Positions 1-25,418 are shown, numbered from the stretch's first letter. The stretch: 64,000 nucleotides of DNA from the human T2T-CHM13v2.0 reference genome, Homo sapiens (GCF_009914755.1 NC_060925.1), one strand, 5' to 3'. Program-made: numbers and translations. The notes: a model not told the origin generated them from the letters alone.

Positions 1-328
1 CTGCTTCAGCCTCCGAAGTAGCTGGGATTACAGGCGCCCGCCATGAAGCCCAGCTAATTTTTTGTATTTTTTTAGTAGAGACGGGGTTTCAGCATGTTAG
101 CCAGGATGGTCTCGATCTCCTGACCTCGTGATCCGCCCCCCTCGGCCTCCCAAAGTGCTGGGATTACAGGCGTGAGCCACCGCACCCGGCCGGCTTTTCA
201 TTCTTAAACATTGTAAATGGTTGCCATTCTCTCCTCATTAAAAAAAAAAAAAAAAAAAAAAAGAAGGCCGAGCCCGGTGGCTCACGCCTGCAATCCCAGC
301 ACCTTGGGAGGCCGAGGTGGGCAGATCA

Positions 329-679
<351 letters not shown>

Positions 680-751
680 TCAAGATAATTCACCTAAGTG
701 CTGGCAACACAGTAGTGCACAAAAACCCTGGCCCACATACACTTCAATCTA

Positions 752-1249
<498 letters not shown>

Positions 1250-3090
1250 TCAGCTCCACTGATTCCCTTCTTCGAGAAGGACTCTAACATAGATTTTGGA
1301 GTATCCTGGAGGCATTATTCAGTTGGATAACCTAGGGTCAGAAAGAATTCCCACTCCCCTTCCCCACTATATTCCCTTAGCCTGTGGCATTGTCCCTCTG
1401 GTGACTCCAGCTCAAAAGCCATGTGGCTCAATTTTTGTTTGGTTTTCATGAAAGCATAATTAAAATAAGGCATAGCCATTACCAGAGAATTTACTTTGCC
1501 ATTCTACTTCCGGAGAATGAATCAGGACTCAGAACTGACCACGGCATTGAAAGCAGTTTCAACCTCATTCTGCTGCTCCTCTACCCTGTAGGGAGAAGTG
1601 TCAGGGTGAGGAAAGACAGATTCTGTGAGGATCCCTTCCAACCGTGACCCCAGGGGCTGGGTGCGGTGGCTCACACCTGTAATCCCAGCACTCTGGGATG
1701 CCAAGGTGGGCAGAATATTTGAGGCCAGGAGCTCGAGACTAGCCTGGCCAACATGGTGAAACCCTGTCTCCACTGAAAATACAAAAATTAGCCAGTCATG
1801 GTGGCATGTGCCTGTAGTCCCAGATACTTGGGAGGCTGAGGCAGGAGAATCACTTGAACCCCGAGGTGGAGTTTGCAGTGAGCCTATAATTGCATCACTG
1901 CACTCCAGTCTGGGTGACAGAGGGAGACTCCACCAAAAAGAAAAAGAAAAACAAAACGAAATGAAACAAAAATCAAAGTTAAGTGTGGCCAGGTGTGCAG
2001 TGGCTCATGCCTGTAATCCCAGCACTTTAGGAGGCCGAGGCAGGAGGATCACTTGAGGTCAACAGTTCAACCAGCCTGGGCAACATGGCAAAAGCCCAGC
2101 TCTACTAAAAATACAAAAATTTGCCGGGCGGGGTGGTACACGCCCTTAGTCCCAGCTACTCAGGAGGCTGAGATAGGACAATCACTTGAACCCTGGACAC
2201 GAAGGTTACCGTGAGCTGAAATTGTGCCTCTGCACCCCAGCCTGGGTGACAGAGAGAACTCCATCTGAAAAAAAAAAAAAAAGTTTGTCACAAGAGCAGA
2301 CAGCCTTAAATTGGGGGCCAGGGAAGTTTCTTGGAGAAAATGGCCTCTCTGAAATATTCCTGAATCAATAACAGAAGCATCCTCTGGCAGTTGACTGCAG
2401 AACCCCTACCCCTTTTCAGGCCCTTCATTATTCCCTAGAACCTCCAAGTGGGCCAAACATGAGAGGCAACCACAATTGATTAGGAGACAGATCAATCGTT
2501 CAAAAAACATAAAACAATAATCTACTGTTCACTGTGGATTTAGCAATTAATCAGCCCTAGAGGATGAGTGACTTGGCCAGGTGGAGAGGGGAAGGAAGAG
2601 TGTTCCAGTTAGAGGGAACAATGTTACATGCTGGAAGAACCGAAATGTAACTAGCATGCATGTAGCTAGTAACACAGAGGAGCCCACGGCTCAGGAGAGC
2701 AGGAAATGGGGAGAGAAGAAGCCAGAAAGATGGGCCCCGGCCTTGGTGTTAGGTTAAAATGATTGAACGTTCCCTTTTTTTTTTTTGAGACGGAGTTTCT
2801 CTCTGTCACCTAGGCTGGAGTAAAGTGGTGTGATCTCGGCTCACTGCAACCTCCACCTCCTGGGTTCCAGCAATTCTCCTGCCTCAGCCTCCTGCATAGC
2901 TGGGATTACAAACACCCATCACCACATCCGACTAATTTTTGTATTTTTAGTAGAGACGGGGTTTCGTCATGTTGGCCAGGATGGTCTCAAACTCCTGACT
3001 TCAGGTGATCCACCCACTTCGGCCTCCCAAAGTGCTGGGATTACAGGCGTGAGCCACCGCACCCAGCCTGAACTTTTCTTTTTTAAAAAA

Positions 3091-3092
<2 letters not shown>

Positions 3093-3143
<51 letters not shown>
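3093..3143. repeat. (TG)n microsatellite, ~25 units
   Basis: Uninterrupted tgtgtg run. Confidence 0.98.
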
Positions 3144-3147
<4 letters not shown>

Positions 3148-3743
3148 GGGGCATGGGGATGAGAGGGTCGGGGTTGGAGACAGGGTCTCACTCTGTTGCC
3201 CAGGCAGGAGTGTAGTGGACCATAGCTCACTGCAACCTCAAGCTCTGAAGCAATCCTCCCACCTCACCCTTTTCAGTAGCTGGGACTGTTAAGTGGCCAC
3301 CCCACCTGGCTAATTTTTTCACTTTTTGTAGTGAAGGGGTCTGCTTATCTAGCCCAGGGTATTCTAGGACTACTGGCCTCGAGCGATCCTTCCGCCTCGG
3401 CCTCCCAATGTACCGGGATTACAGGCGTGAGCCAACGCCCTCTGCCAAAGCTGATTGGACTCGATCTTAAGGTTAGATAAGGGTGTTAAACATTTTAAGG
3501 AGGGCAGTGCCATGATGAGATTTTAGTTTTAGCAAGATTACGCTTAAGGCGTGCCTTGGACATGGTACAGGAGGAAAAGGAGATGATCAGATTTTCCTTT
3601 TGGAAATAATCCCTGGTCTGTAAGGAGCTGAAGGAGGTCTACAGGTACCGAAGGAAGGTACCATTGTAGGGTTTTCAGTAGGACAGTGATAAGATGACAT
3701 GTGCATTTTAAAAGGATCACTCTTCTAGAAAGACCTGAAAAGG

Positions 3744-3750
3744 TATAAAA
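3744..3750 (+). promoter_or_regulatory. Candidate TATA box upstream of BECN2
   Basis: TATAAAA 61-67 nt upstream of the ATG; motif only. Confidence 0.35.
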
Positions 3751-3810
3751 TGATAAGTAACTGGGAGCCAGAGGAAACTTAGACTCAAGGCGGCAGTCAG
3801 GCCCTTAGCC

Positions 3811-5712
<1,902 letters not shown>

Positions 5713-6094
5713 ACTTTCTTTTTTTCTAAAGTACTATAAATATATTATCAGATAAGTCTTCCCCAACACACCTTTGTCCCTTCTTCCTTGTAACTTCCAC
5801 TCCCCTTCTCCACCCGAACATTCAAAATGACAGGAAAAATTAAATTACAAGAGGCTAAGATTATTCCTGCATAAAGGGATAAAGGGACACAGAGGCAAGG
5901 ACTAAGTGTGGGGAGGAAAGGGCACGGTGAGGAGCAAGGTGGAGGTTTCCAATTTTTTAATTTAAAAACATTTTGGGCCATGGATGTATGTAATGGAACA
6001 TTGAAGTCGGGGGCAGGGGAGAGAATACTCAAAAATTTCGTTTTTGTTGTGATGCATAGTGTAAGCCCCTCCTCTTCATCCTTGAGAAACTTTC

Positions 6095-6100
6095 AATAAA
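6095..6100 (+). terminator. Candidate BECN2 polyadenylation signal
   Basis: First canonical AATAAA I found downstream of the stop. Confidence 0.35.
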
Positions 6101-6381
6101 TTTCGACATGTTCAAAGTGAAAGGTGAGTCTTACTGGACTGTGTCATGATGTTGAGATTAACTGTGAGGTGAGGGGCTGGGGTGGCCAGGAAGTGACTGG
6201 TAACATTGGCTGGTAGATAAATTAAGGGGTCTTGAGGTGAACCCTTCCAGAAAGCTGAAGATTGAATCCTAGCACTTTGAGAGGTGGAGGAGGGAGAAAT
6301 GCTTGAGCCCAGGAGTTCTGAGACCAGCCTGGGCAACATAGGGCGACCCCATCTTAAGGAAAAATTTTTAAATTAATTTAA

Positions 6382-6669
<288 letters not shown>

Positions 6670-6866
6670 TAGCTGGGATTACAGGTGTATGCCACCATGC
6701 CCAGCTAATTTTTGTATTATTTTAGTAGAGACGGGGTTTCACCATGTTGGCCAGGCTGGTCTCGAACTCCTGACCTCAGGTGACAGGCCCGACTTGGCCT
6801 CCCAAAATGCTGGGATTACAGGTGTGAGCCACCTCGCCTGGCCTACAAAATATTTTTTAAAAATTA

Positions 6867-7013
<147 letters not shown>

Positions 7014-8609
7014 CTAAAAAATAAAAAGTAAAATAAGCCAATCAGAGAAAGCTTTTAAAATGCAAATTGTATCATGCCTTCCTCCAGCTTCTCCATTGCC
7101 CTCATAAAATCTCAAATCCTGACCACAGCTTTCAGCCCCAGAAGATCTGTTCCTGCTGCCTCTCCAGGCCCAGATTATACTTCTCCCAGTTCCTTTCTGT
7201 GCCAAAATGTGCCAAGCCTATCACTCCACCTTTGCCTGTGCTCTTCCCTGTGTGTCAATGTCTTCTTTTTTATGTATTTATTTTTTTGAGACGGAGTCTC
7301 CCTCTGTCACCCAGGCTTGAGTGCAGTGGCTCAATCTAAACTCACTGCAACCTCCGCCTCCTGGGTTCATGTGGTTCTCCTGCCTCAGCCTCCTGAGTAG
7401 CTGAGATTACAGGCGCCTGCACCACGCCCGGCTAATACTTGTATTTTTAGTAGAGACGGGGTTTTGCCATTTTGGCCAGGCTGGTCTTGAACTCCTGACC
7501 TCAGGTGATCCGTCCGCCTTGGCCTCCCAAAGTGCTGGGATTACAGGCATGAGCCACTGCACTCGGCCTGTGTGTCAATGTCTTCTAACCAAACTATAAA
7601 CTACTTCTGGAGGGCTAATTTAACTGTCATGCAGATGTACCTAGAATAACCCCTACATATTAAACATTCTATAATGTGTAAAGTACAAATATTAGATTAT
7701 AAAATATGCAGTTTCAAAACTCAGAGAAGTATTTAGAAGGAAAATGGGCTGGGCGTGGTGGCTCATGCCTGTGATCCCAGCACTTTGGGAGGCCGAGACA
7801 GGCGGATCACGAGGTCAGGAGATCAAGACCATCCTGGCTAATACAGTGAAACCCCGTGTCTACTAAAAACACAAAAAATTAGCCGGGCGTGGTGGCGGGT
7901 GCCTGTAGTCTCAGCTACTCAGGAGGCTGAGGCAGGAGAATAGTGTGAACCTGGAGGCGGAGCTTGCAGTGAGCCGAGATTGCGCCACTGCACTCCAGCC
8001 TGGGCGACAGAGCAAGACTCTGTCTCAAAAAAAAAAAAGGAAAATGTTCCCAATATGTATTCCTTGGATATACATAAAGGCATTTCCATGAAAATTTTTT
8101 ACTTAAAAATAAGCCAGGGTTGGGGACAGTGGCTCACACCTGTAATTTCAGCACATTGGGAGGCTGAGGTGGGAGGATTGCTTGAAACCAGGAGTTTGAG
8201 AACCCCCTGGGCAATATAGTAAGACCTAGTATCTACAAAAAAATTTAAAATGTTAAAAAATTAGCCAGGAGTGGTAGCATGTGCCTGTAGTCTCAGATAT
8301 TCTGGAGGCTGAAGTGGGAAAATCGCTTAAGCCCAGGAAGTCAAGGTTACAGTGAGGCGTGAGGGTGCCAGTGCACTCCAGCTGGGAAGACAAATAGAGA
8401 CCCTGTCTCAAAAAAAAAAAAAAAAAGTCAGGTGAGTTGGCACATGCCTGTAGCCCCAGCTACTTGGGAGGCAGATCACTTGAGACCAAGAATTCAAAGC
8501 TGTAGTGGGTAATTAATGTGCCTGTGAATAGCATTATAAAAAACTGTACTCCAGTCTGAGCAACACAGTGAGAACCTGTCTCTAAAAAAATTCAAAAACA
8601 TATTGAAGC

Positions 8610-9775
<1,166 letters not shown>

Positions 9776-9780
9776 CTCTA

Positions 9781-9965
9781 AACAAGGGTTTGGCAAACTT
9801 TTTCAAAAAAAGGCCAAATGGTGAAATTTTAGGAATTTGGGTCCATGTGGTCTCTGTTGCAACTACTCAATTGTGCCATTATAGTGTAAAAAGCAGCCAT
9901 TATATTTACCAAAAGAGGTGGCAGGCTGGATTTGGCCCATGGGTCATAATTTGCTGACTCCTGCT
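9781..9965. mobile_element. MER58A-like element
   Basis: ggcaaactttttc...gtctctgttgcaactactcaa...ggatttggccc...tttgctgactcctg. Confidence 0.7.
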
Positions 9966-10178
9966 TTAAATGATAGAATCTAAAAGGTCATGGACTCTTG
10001 TTTGCAATTAGGTCCCTAACAGCCTGCACAGTGCCTCCTGCAGAGTAGACATTCAATGAATAGTTGAATGAATAAATCACTAAATTATACTGACTGATGG
10101 GAATCTGGGAAATTTTATTGTCTTCCTTTGGTTTATTAAATACTCTCTAGTAATTAGTACTAGATTAGGAGTACTTAA

Positions 10179-10527
<349 letters not shown>

Positions 10528-11144
10528 TAATAAAATTTTTTTTATTTAAATAAAAGAGATTAAGGGGTGTGAATAGACACCAAGTTAGGCAGCTGTTACA
10601 TCATTCTGTTTCATTTTAAAACTATCTACCTTCATCCCCTGCCCCATCCCCAAATTTCTCACATAGGCATACATTTTCCACTGAAATCACTTGAACGGCA
10701 GAAACTGCTGGGCCAAGAGATTTTAGGTGCCTGAAATAAGAGAAGTCAGCAATCAGTTTTACAAAAGAGAAGTTCAGCTGAGGCTGGAGTACTGTGGCGC
10801 AATCATGGCTCACTGCAGCCTTGAACTCCTGGGCTCAAGCAATCCTTCCGCCTCAGCCTCCAGAGTAGCTAGGACCACAGGCATGCACCGCCGCACCTAA
10901 CTAATTTTTTATTTTTTATCTTGTACAGACAGGGTCTCCATATATTGCCTAGGCTGGCATCAAACTACTGGCCTCAAGTGATCCTCTGCCTAAGCCTCTC
11001 AAAGGGCTGAGATTGCAAGTATAAGCCACCACACCCATGTAGAATTGTATTTCTTAGCACTAGGCCAGATGAGATGACGTGACTAGTTCTGGTCATTGTA
11101 TTGTAAGCAGAAGTGACGTGTTACTTCCTGGTCAGGGAATTTCA

Positions 11145-11486
<342 letters not shown>

Positions 11487-11717
11487 TCAAAAAAAAAAAG
11501 AAAGAAAAAGAAAATACTGGTTACTTTTTATGGAATAAGTGAATTAAAGAGAAGGGGGATCCCTGATTTTTGGAGGTGGGGAACTGGAGCATTTGATCCC
11601 TAGTAGTCTTTCATTTGGTCTTCAAACAGCAACCTGCAATAAGTAACATAAAACTCTTAGATCTCATTAAATATTTCTTTTCATAAAAAAGTTAGTATTA
11701 ATTTTAATTGAACATGA

Positions 11718-11954
<237 letters not shown>

Positions 11955-12445
11955 TGAGATGGAGTCTTGCTCTGTCATCCAGGCTAGAGTACAGTGCTGC
12001 AATTTTGGCTCACTGCAATCTCCGCCTCCTGGATTCAAGCGATTCTCCTGCCTCAGCCTCCTGAGTAGCTGGGATTACAGGTGCCCACCACTGCACATGG
12101 CTAACTTCTGTATTTTTAGTAGAGATGGGGTTTCACCATCTTGGCCAGGCTGGTCTCAAACTTCTGACCTTGTGATCCACCCACCTTGACCTCCCAAAGT
12201 GCTGGGATTAGAGGCATGAGCCACTGCGCCCAGCCCTAATTTTTTAATTTTTAGTAGACATGGGGTTTCACCATGTTGGCCAGGCTGGTCTTGAACTCCT
12301 GACCTCAGGTTATCCACCTGCCTCGGCCTCCCAACGTGCTGAGTTTACAGGCGTGAGCCACCGCGCCCGGCCCTGAGTTTATTTTTTAGATGAGATCGTG
12401 GAACATTGACCCTATTTCTCTGGAATCTGCGTCTCTCCCAAATAA

Positions 12446-12664
<219 letters not shown>

Positions 12665-12911
12665 TAGTCTCAAACTCCTGACCTCTGGTGATCCACCCGA
12701 CTCAGCCTCCCGAAGTGCTGGGATTACAGGCATGAGCCATGGCAACCAGCCCCAAATAAAAACTTTTAAAATGAGATTCTACATTCACTGAGATGAAAAT
12801 CTAATACATAAACTTTTCGTCATTAAAAGACATATTTCAATGAACATGTTAAAGCATGCTAAGTAATAGAAAAATAGTAAATACAAGGAGCCTCAGTAAA
12901 CCATCACATAG

Positions 12912-13154
<243 letters not shown>

Positions 13155-14439
13155 TAGCCAGGATGGTCCAAAAATGTTAAAGGAGAGAAATAGTTGTTAA
13201 CTTTTTGGTTCAGAGACTCCTTTAAGAATGGGATAATTGGCCGGGTGCGGGGGAAGGTAGATAAAAACCAAAACCATCTTAAATTGTGATGGAGTCGATA
13301 AAGAAAACTAACACAACAAACCAGAGGCCAGACGCGGTGGCTCACGCCTGAAATCCCAGCACTTTGGGAGGCCAAGGTGGGCGTATCACCTAAGGTCAGG
13401 AGTTCGAGACCTCATCTCCTCTAAAATTACAACAAATTAGTCGGGCGTGGTGGCAGACACATCTAGTCCCAGTTACTTGGGAGGCTGAGGCATGAGAATC
13501 ACTGGAACCCGAGAGGCAGAGGTTGTAGTGAGAAGAGATTGGGTGATCAAGCAAGACTCCATCTGAAATAACAACAACAAAACAAAACATAGGTTGGGGG
13601 GAAAGGAAGAGAATGGAACCAATTTTGTGACTTTTCTTTTTTTCTTTTTTCTTTTCCTTTTCTTTTTCTTTTTCTTTTTTTTTTTTTTTTTGAGACAGGG
13701 TCTCACTCTGCGGCCCAGGCTGGAATGCAGTGGCACAATCATAGCTCACTGTAACCTCAAGTGATCCTCCCACTTCAGCCTCCCCAAAGTGCTGGGATTA
13801 CAGGCAGGCACCACCACATCAGGTCTATTTTGTAACCTTTTATTATGGAGTATTTCAAACATACACAGAAGTTTCTAGAAGGATAATAAATACCCACCAT
13901 GCATCTTCAACAGTCTTCAATAAGTAGCTAATTTTGTACTGTCTACAACCCACTAATTTACTCCTCTCCAATTATTTTGAAGCAAATCCATATCATTTCA
14001 CCCATAAAGATTTTAGTATGGGCTGGGTGTGGTTGTTCACATCTGTAATCTCAGCACTTTGAGAGTCTGAGGCAAGAGGTTCACTTGAGCCCAGGAATTT
14101 GAGACCAGCCTGGGCAATATAGCAAGACTCTGTCTCTATTTTTTAAAAAAGATTTTTGTACGTATATTCTAAGACCTAGACACAAAGTCATTATCATACC
14201 AGAAACAGAAACAAACTCTTTTTCTAATCAGTGATTGAAATTGCTTTTGATATATTGGCTCAGGAACACCTCTTTAAGGAGGTGGCATTAGATCTGAGAC
14301 ATAGGGCAAGCAAGGCTTCCTAAATTATACGCTGTAAGGACTGGTTTTTCTGTTTTTTCAAATTTCTAATCTGATGTGAAATATGTGAAATGCAATAACA
14401 ATTACCTCAAGTAAAATTTTAAAACTTATACAGAGCAGA

Positions 14440-15294
<855 letters not shown>

Positions 15295-15616
15295 TAAATT
15301 TCTGACTTCATCCACTGTCTTGTCGTTCACCGGTGTCATTTATGATGGGGAAATACTGGCAGAAGAAGAAGACTGGAGATGATGCTCAGGAAGACGCCCA
15401 GAGTGCCATTGTGGACCCAGTGTGAACGGTCTGTGAAATTCAGCAGTGAAGCTGCTATGTGGGTAGTTGGCTAGAAGCATGTAGAGATTGGTAGAGAGGA
15501 ATTCCTCTCATCTAGTCTTAGAGGAGTAAACATACGTCTTTCTAAAGATCACCAGGCTGGTACGATGGCTCACGCCTGTAATCCCAGCACTTTGGGAGGC
15601 TGAGGCAGGCGGATCA

Positions 15617-15904
<288 letters not shown>

Positions 15905-16574
15905 TCACTGCCCCATCACCTTCAACACCCATGGCCACAAATGCAATAAACATTCATTGAAGACCCTCTTTCCATGAGGCAATCTCTGATGAGGTCCAAA
16001 AGATGCAAAGATCCCTATCCTTTGCATAGGGATGCAAATCCCCCTGTCTGAGGAATGAATTCCAGGCTTTTAACCATGCATAGCATTATTCTGAGTATTG
16101 CAGCTCAGCTAACTCCATTACACATAAATGGAAGCTATGCCCTAGGAGGATGGGAATTGCGTTGGAGGAGGGAAGGGTGTGTGTGTATATATATAATCTT
16201 TAGATTAAACTGGAATATAAATAAAAAGTAATAGATGACATTACTTTTTTTTTTTTTTTTTTTGAGATAGTCTCGCTCCATAGCCCAGGCTGGTGCAGTG
16301 GTGCAATCTCGGCTCACTGCAACTTCTGCCTCCCAGGTTCAAGTAATTCTCCTGTCTTAACCTCCGGAGTAGCTGAGATTACAGGCACATACCACCATGG
16401 CCGGCTAATTTTTGTATTTTTAGTAGAGACGAGGTTTCACCTTGGTCAGGCTGGTTGGTCTCAAACTCCTGACCTCAGGAGTTTCCACCAGGCCCCATCT
16501 CCAACACAGAGGATCAGATTTCAACATGAGACTTGGCAGGGCCAAATGAACCATATCCAAACCCTAACACCAAG

Positions 16575-17611
<1,037 letters not shown>

Positions 17612-17618
17612 CGTGTAG

Positions 17619-17828
<210 letters not shown>

Positions 17829-18276
17829 TAGCCTCAACTCCTGGGTGCAAGTGGTCCTCCTACCTTGGCTTCCCAAAGCACTGCAATTACAGGTGTGAGC
17901 CACCATGCCCAGCTGCAATAACACACTTAAAGCTAAACTATTCTTAGGAAAATGAATGAAATGACCAATTGCAAATGCTTTTTTGTCTCTCACCAAGAAG
18001 CTTTCTTGAAGTAGAATGTAGTTACCTGGATACTTGTGCAAATGTAGATCATTTAACTCAGCATCTTAAAGTTTAGAGATTCCCTGTGTATTGTCCAATA
18101 CACATCATAAAGCCTAACATTTAAAAAAACCTAAATGAGTGATTCTGAATTGTCTGACAAGACCTCCATCAGTCTGGGGATGGGCGTCGGGTTTGAGAGG
18201 GCAGCAGTGTGCAGCATACAAGAAAGAGGACTGCACAAGTCTGGAGGCTCCCCTTCCACTGACCACAGTGAGATTA

Positions 18277-18609
<333 letters not shown>

Positions 18610-19612
18610 TCATATTGTCTCTCCTAAATGAGACAAAAGAATTAGATTATACATGTCTGGTGCTGCATGAGGTGAGGGCTTTCTGGACATTGTGCCCCTT
18701 GCATTGTGCAACATGGCTCTCCTGAATGAGACAAATGTTGGGGGGAAAAGTAGCTAGGCAAATTAAAAGAGTTCCGATAGGACACGAATATTAACCACAG
18801 GGCATCAAATTGTCGGTCAGTTCAGAATGCTGAACTGCTGAGATGAGGAATGCAGCCACCTTCATGGAGGAAAACAGCCACCAAACCCCTCATGCTGCCA
18901 TGGCAACGGGAGCTCACAAATGATGCAATTGCAAAGGCAGCTGGACACTTGCACATGTGACTGTTGGAAGCTGGGGCTGGGGGTGGAGGGGAGAGTGAGG
19001 GTAAGATCCCACCATGAGGGAAGTGGAAACCAGGCAAGGAAAATGTACGCTAATCCTAGTAATGAAAATAAAATTGGTCACAGCTGTGAGCTGTAGGAGA
19101 AGGGAAAAGGGAGTAAGCATAGTTCATTTGTGCATGATGTCTTTCACCAAATATTATTAAAATACACTTCACTATCATTAATTCATTCCCCTAGCACCAT
19201 GCTGAGGGTGCAGTCACCCCATTTTATAGGCAATATGGTCAGCTCAGTGACTCATAATTAGGAAGAAAAGGAATTGTATGAATAAAACATTCCACAGCAA
19301 CTGGCCACAGTACTAAATATTGCTAACTCATTTAAACCCCCCAAAGTTTTCTTTACCAAAATTTCTCTAAACTCGTGCATTCAAGTTTAACATTAGAAGG
19401 AAAATTTTCTCTCAAAATGGAGCAAAATAAAATTCATTTGTGAATCTTAGGGAAGGGCATGGGGAAGTTCCTTGTACCAACCTTGCAGTTCACCTCTGAG
19501 TTGGAAATTCTATCAAAATGCAAAGTAACAACAAAGTAATTAGATTATAAATGCCTGGTGCTTCATGAGGTGAGAGCTTTCTGGCCATTGTGTCCATTGC
19601 TATGGCTAGCAC

Positions 19613-20166
19613 TGTTACAGGAAAGGGGTCCTGATCCAGACCCCCAAGTGAGCGTTCTTGGATCTTGTGCAAGAAAGAATTCAGGGCGAGTCCATATAGA
19701 AAAGTGAAAGCAAGTTTATTAGGAAAGTAAAGGAATAAGAAAATGGCTACTCCCTAGACAGAGCAGCCCCGAGGGCTGCTGGTTGCCCATTTTTATGGTT
19801 ATTTCTTAATGATATGCTAAACAAGGGGTGAATTATTCATGCCTCCCCTATTTAGACAATATAGGGCAACTTCCTGACGTTGCCATGGCATTTATGAACT
19901 GTCATGGTGCTGGTGGGAGTGTAGCAGTGAGGATGACCAGAGGTCACTTTTGTGGCCATCTTGGTTTTGGTGGGTTTTGGCTGGCTTCTTTACTGCAAAC
20001 TGTTTTATCAGCAATGTCTTTATGAGCTGTATCTTGTGCTAACCTCCTATCTCATCCTGTGACTTAGAATGCCTTCACTGTCTGGGAATACAGCCCAGTA
20101 GGTCTCAGCCTCATTTTACCCAGCCTCATTCAAGTTGGAGTTGCTCTGGTTTACATGCCTCTGACG
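19613..20166 (-). mobile_element. MER41A-like ERV1 solo LTR (554 bp)
   Basis: Ends tgttacaggaaaggggtcc and ggagttgctctggtttacatgcctctgac match the reverse complement of the recalled MER41 consensus; length fits the A subfamily; uninterrupted. Confidence 0.88.
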
Positions 20167-20679
20167 ATGCCAAGCTCAGGGGACTGACCACAGTAGGTGT
20201 TTAATCAATGCTTGTTGAGAGATAGCGGGCACAGTGAGTGGTAGGAACTATTAGTAAAGCCAGCTTGCCAATGCCTTCTCAGTAAAGTACCAAGTAAGCA
20301 ACTTCAACAAGCCTGCAGTATGGGAAATTCTCCAATGACTTCTTTGGTCACTCATATTCTTTCATTCATTCTGCATGTGTTTTCCAAGTGCCTACAGGTG
20401 CTACGAGCTGTGCCAGATGCTGGGTGTTCAGGATTGCTGAATATTCAGCACACACACTTGTTTATCTGGTAGAAGAAACAAAGGTCAAACAAACAGCTCA
20501 CAAATTAAAATTGACCTACAGTGGTGATAAGGAGTACAAGAAAGCCTGGGGCTGGGAAAAAGAAGAGAAGAGGAAGAACAAGCCACAGATACTGATCAAA
20601 GGAGACAGTGGTGTAAGGTGATGCTAGAGGAGTGAATGGAATAGGCCATGCCAGGCCTTGTGGCTGGAATCATGGATTT

Positions 20680-21900
<1,221 letters not shown>

Positions 21901-21911
21901 TGAGTATATAA

Positions 21912-22035
<124 letters not shown>

Positions 22036-22349
22036 TAGCTGGGACTATGAGCACGCACCACCATACCTGGCTAATTTTTGTATTTTTAGTAGAGACGGGG
22101 TTTCAGCATGTTGGCCAGGCTGGTATCCAATTCCTGACCTTGTCGTCCACCCGCCTTGGTTTCCCAAAGTGTTGGGATTACAGACGTGAGCCAACGTGCC
22201 CGGCCGATAGGTGCTATTTTTACCTCTGTTTTTGCAAACGGGGGTTCTGAGGCATACGAGATGTTAAGTAACTTTACCAAAGTCACAGAGGGAGTGGGGA
22301 AAATAGTATTCATGTCCCAGCAGGCCAATTCTCAAACAAGTGATGATGG

Positions 22350-23510
<1,161 letters not shown>

Positions 23511-23528
23511 ATAGTAATGGGAGCCTAG

Positions 23529-24177
<649 letters not shown>

Positions 24178-24573
24178 TCACAATCTTGGTTTTCCTTGTC
24201 TCTGGTGAAGAAAGTTTTTGCAAAGATCATGGAGAGATTGTTCCTGGCCCCACACATATCCCAGGCCCCACCCTTACAGAGCCTGCTCCCAACCCTCCAG
24301 TGCCTTGAGCTGAGGCTGCCTTGAACCCAGAGCCAGGACCGAATCCCAGGCCAGGGTTAGGTGGTTGATTCACTGGCATTCCTAGAAGACTCAAGCTGCT
24401 CCAGCATCAACTTCTTATTCACCTTCTGGACCTGCTGCTTGCCTGGATGGGAATACTTCTTTTTGTCTTGCTTCCCTTTTGCCCCAAGGCCCCTCTGGTG
24501 GAGGCCCAGCCCTGACTTTCTGTACCACAGCCACAGCTGATGAAAGATCAGTCCTTATACAATGTGACTGTCA

Positions 24574-25062
<489 letters not shown>

Positions 25063-25075
25063 CTACACCCTAAAT

Positions 25076-25418
25076 CAGTGATCCCCACCCAACCTTTTTG
25101 ACACCAGGGACCAGTTTTGTGGAAGACAAAATCCGGTCCGAGGGCAGAGGTGGTGGGATGGGGGATGGTTTGGGGATGAAATTGCTCCCCCTGAGATCAT
25201 CAGGCATCAGAGTCTCACGAGGAGCGCGTAACCCGGAGCCCTCACACGCGCAGTTCACGACAGGACTCACACTCCCGTGAGAATGTAACGCCGCCCCTGG
25301 TCTGACCGGAGCTCTGGCCATAACGCTCACTCGCCTGCCACTCACCTCCTGCGGTCCGGCCTGGTTCCTAACAGGCCACTCACGGTTACAGGTCTGTGGC
25401 CTGGGGGTTGGGGACTTG
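25076..25418 (-). mobile_element. MER1B hAT-Charlie element inserted in a MER5-like relic
   Basis: ccaacctttttgacaccagggaccagttttgtggaagacaa ... ggttcctaacaggccac ... gggggttggggac termini. Confidence 0.85.
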
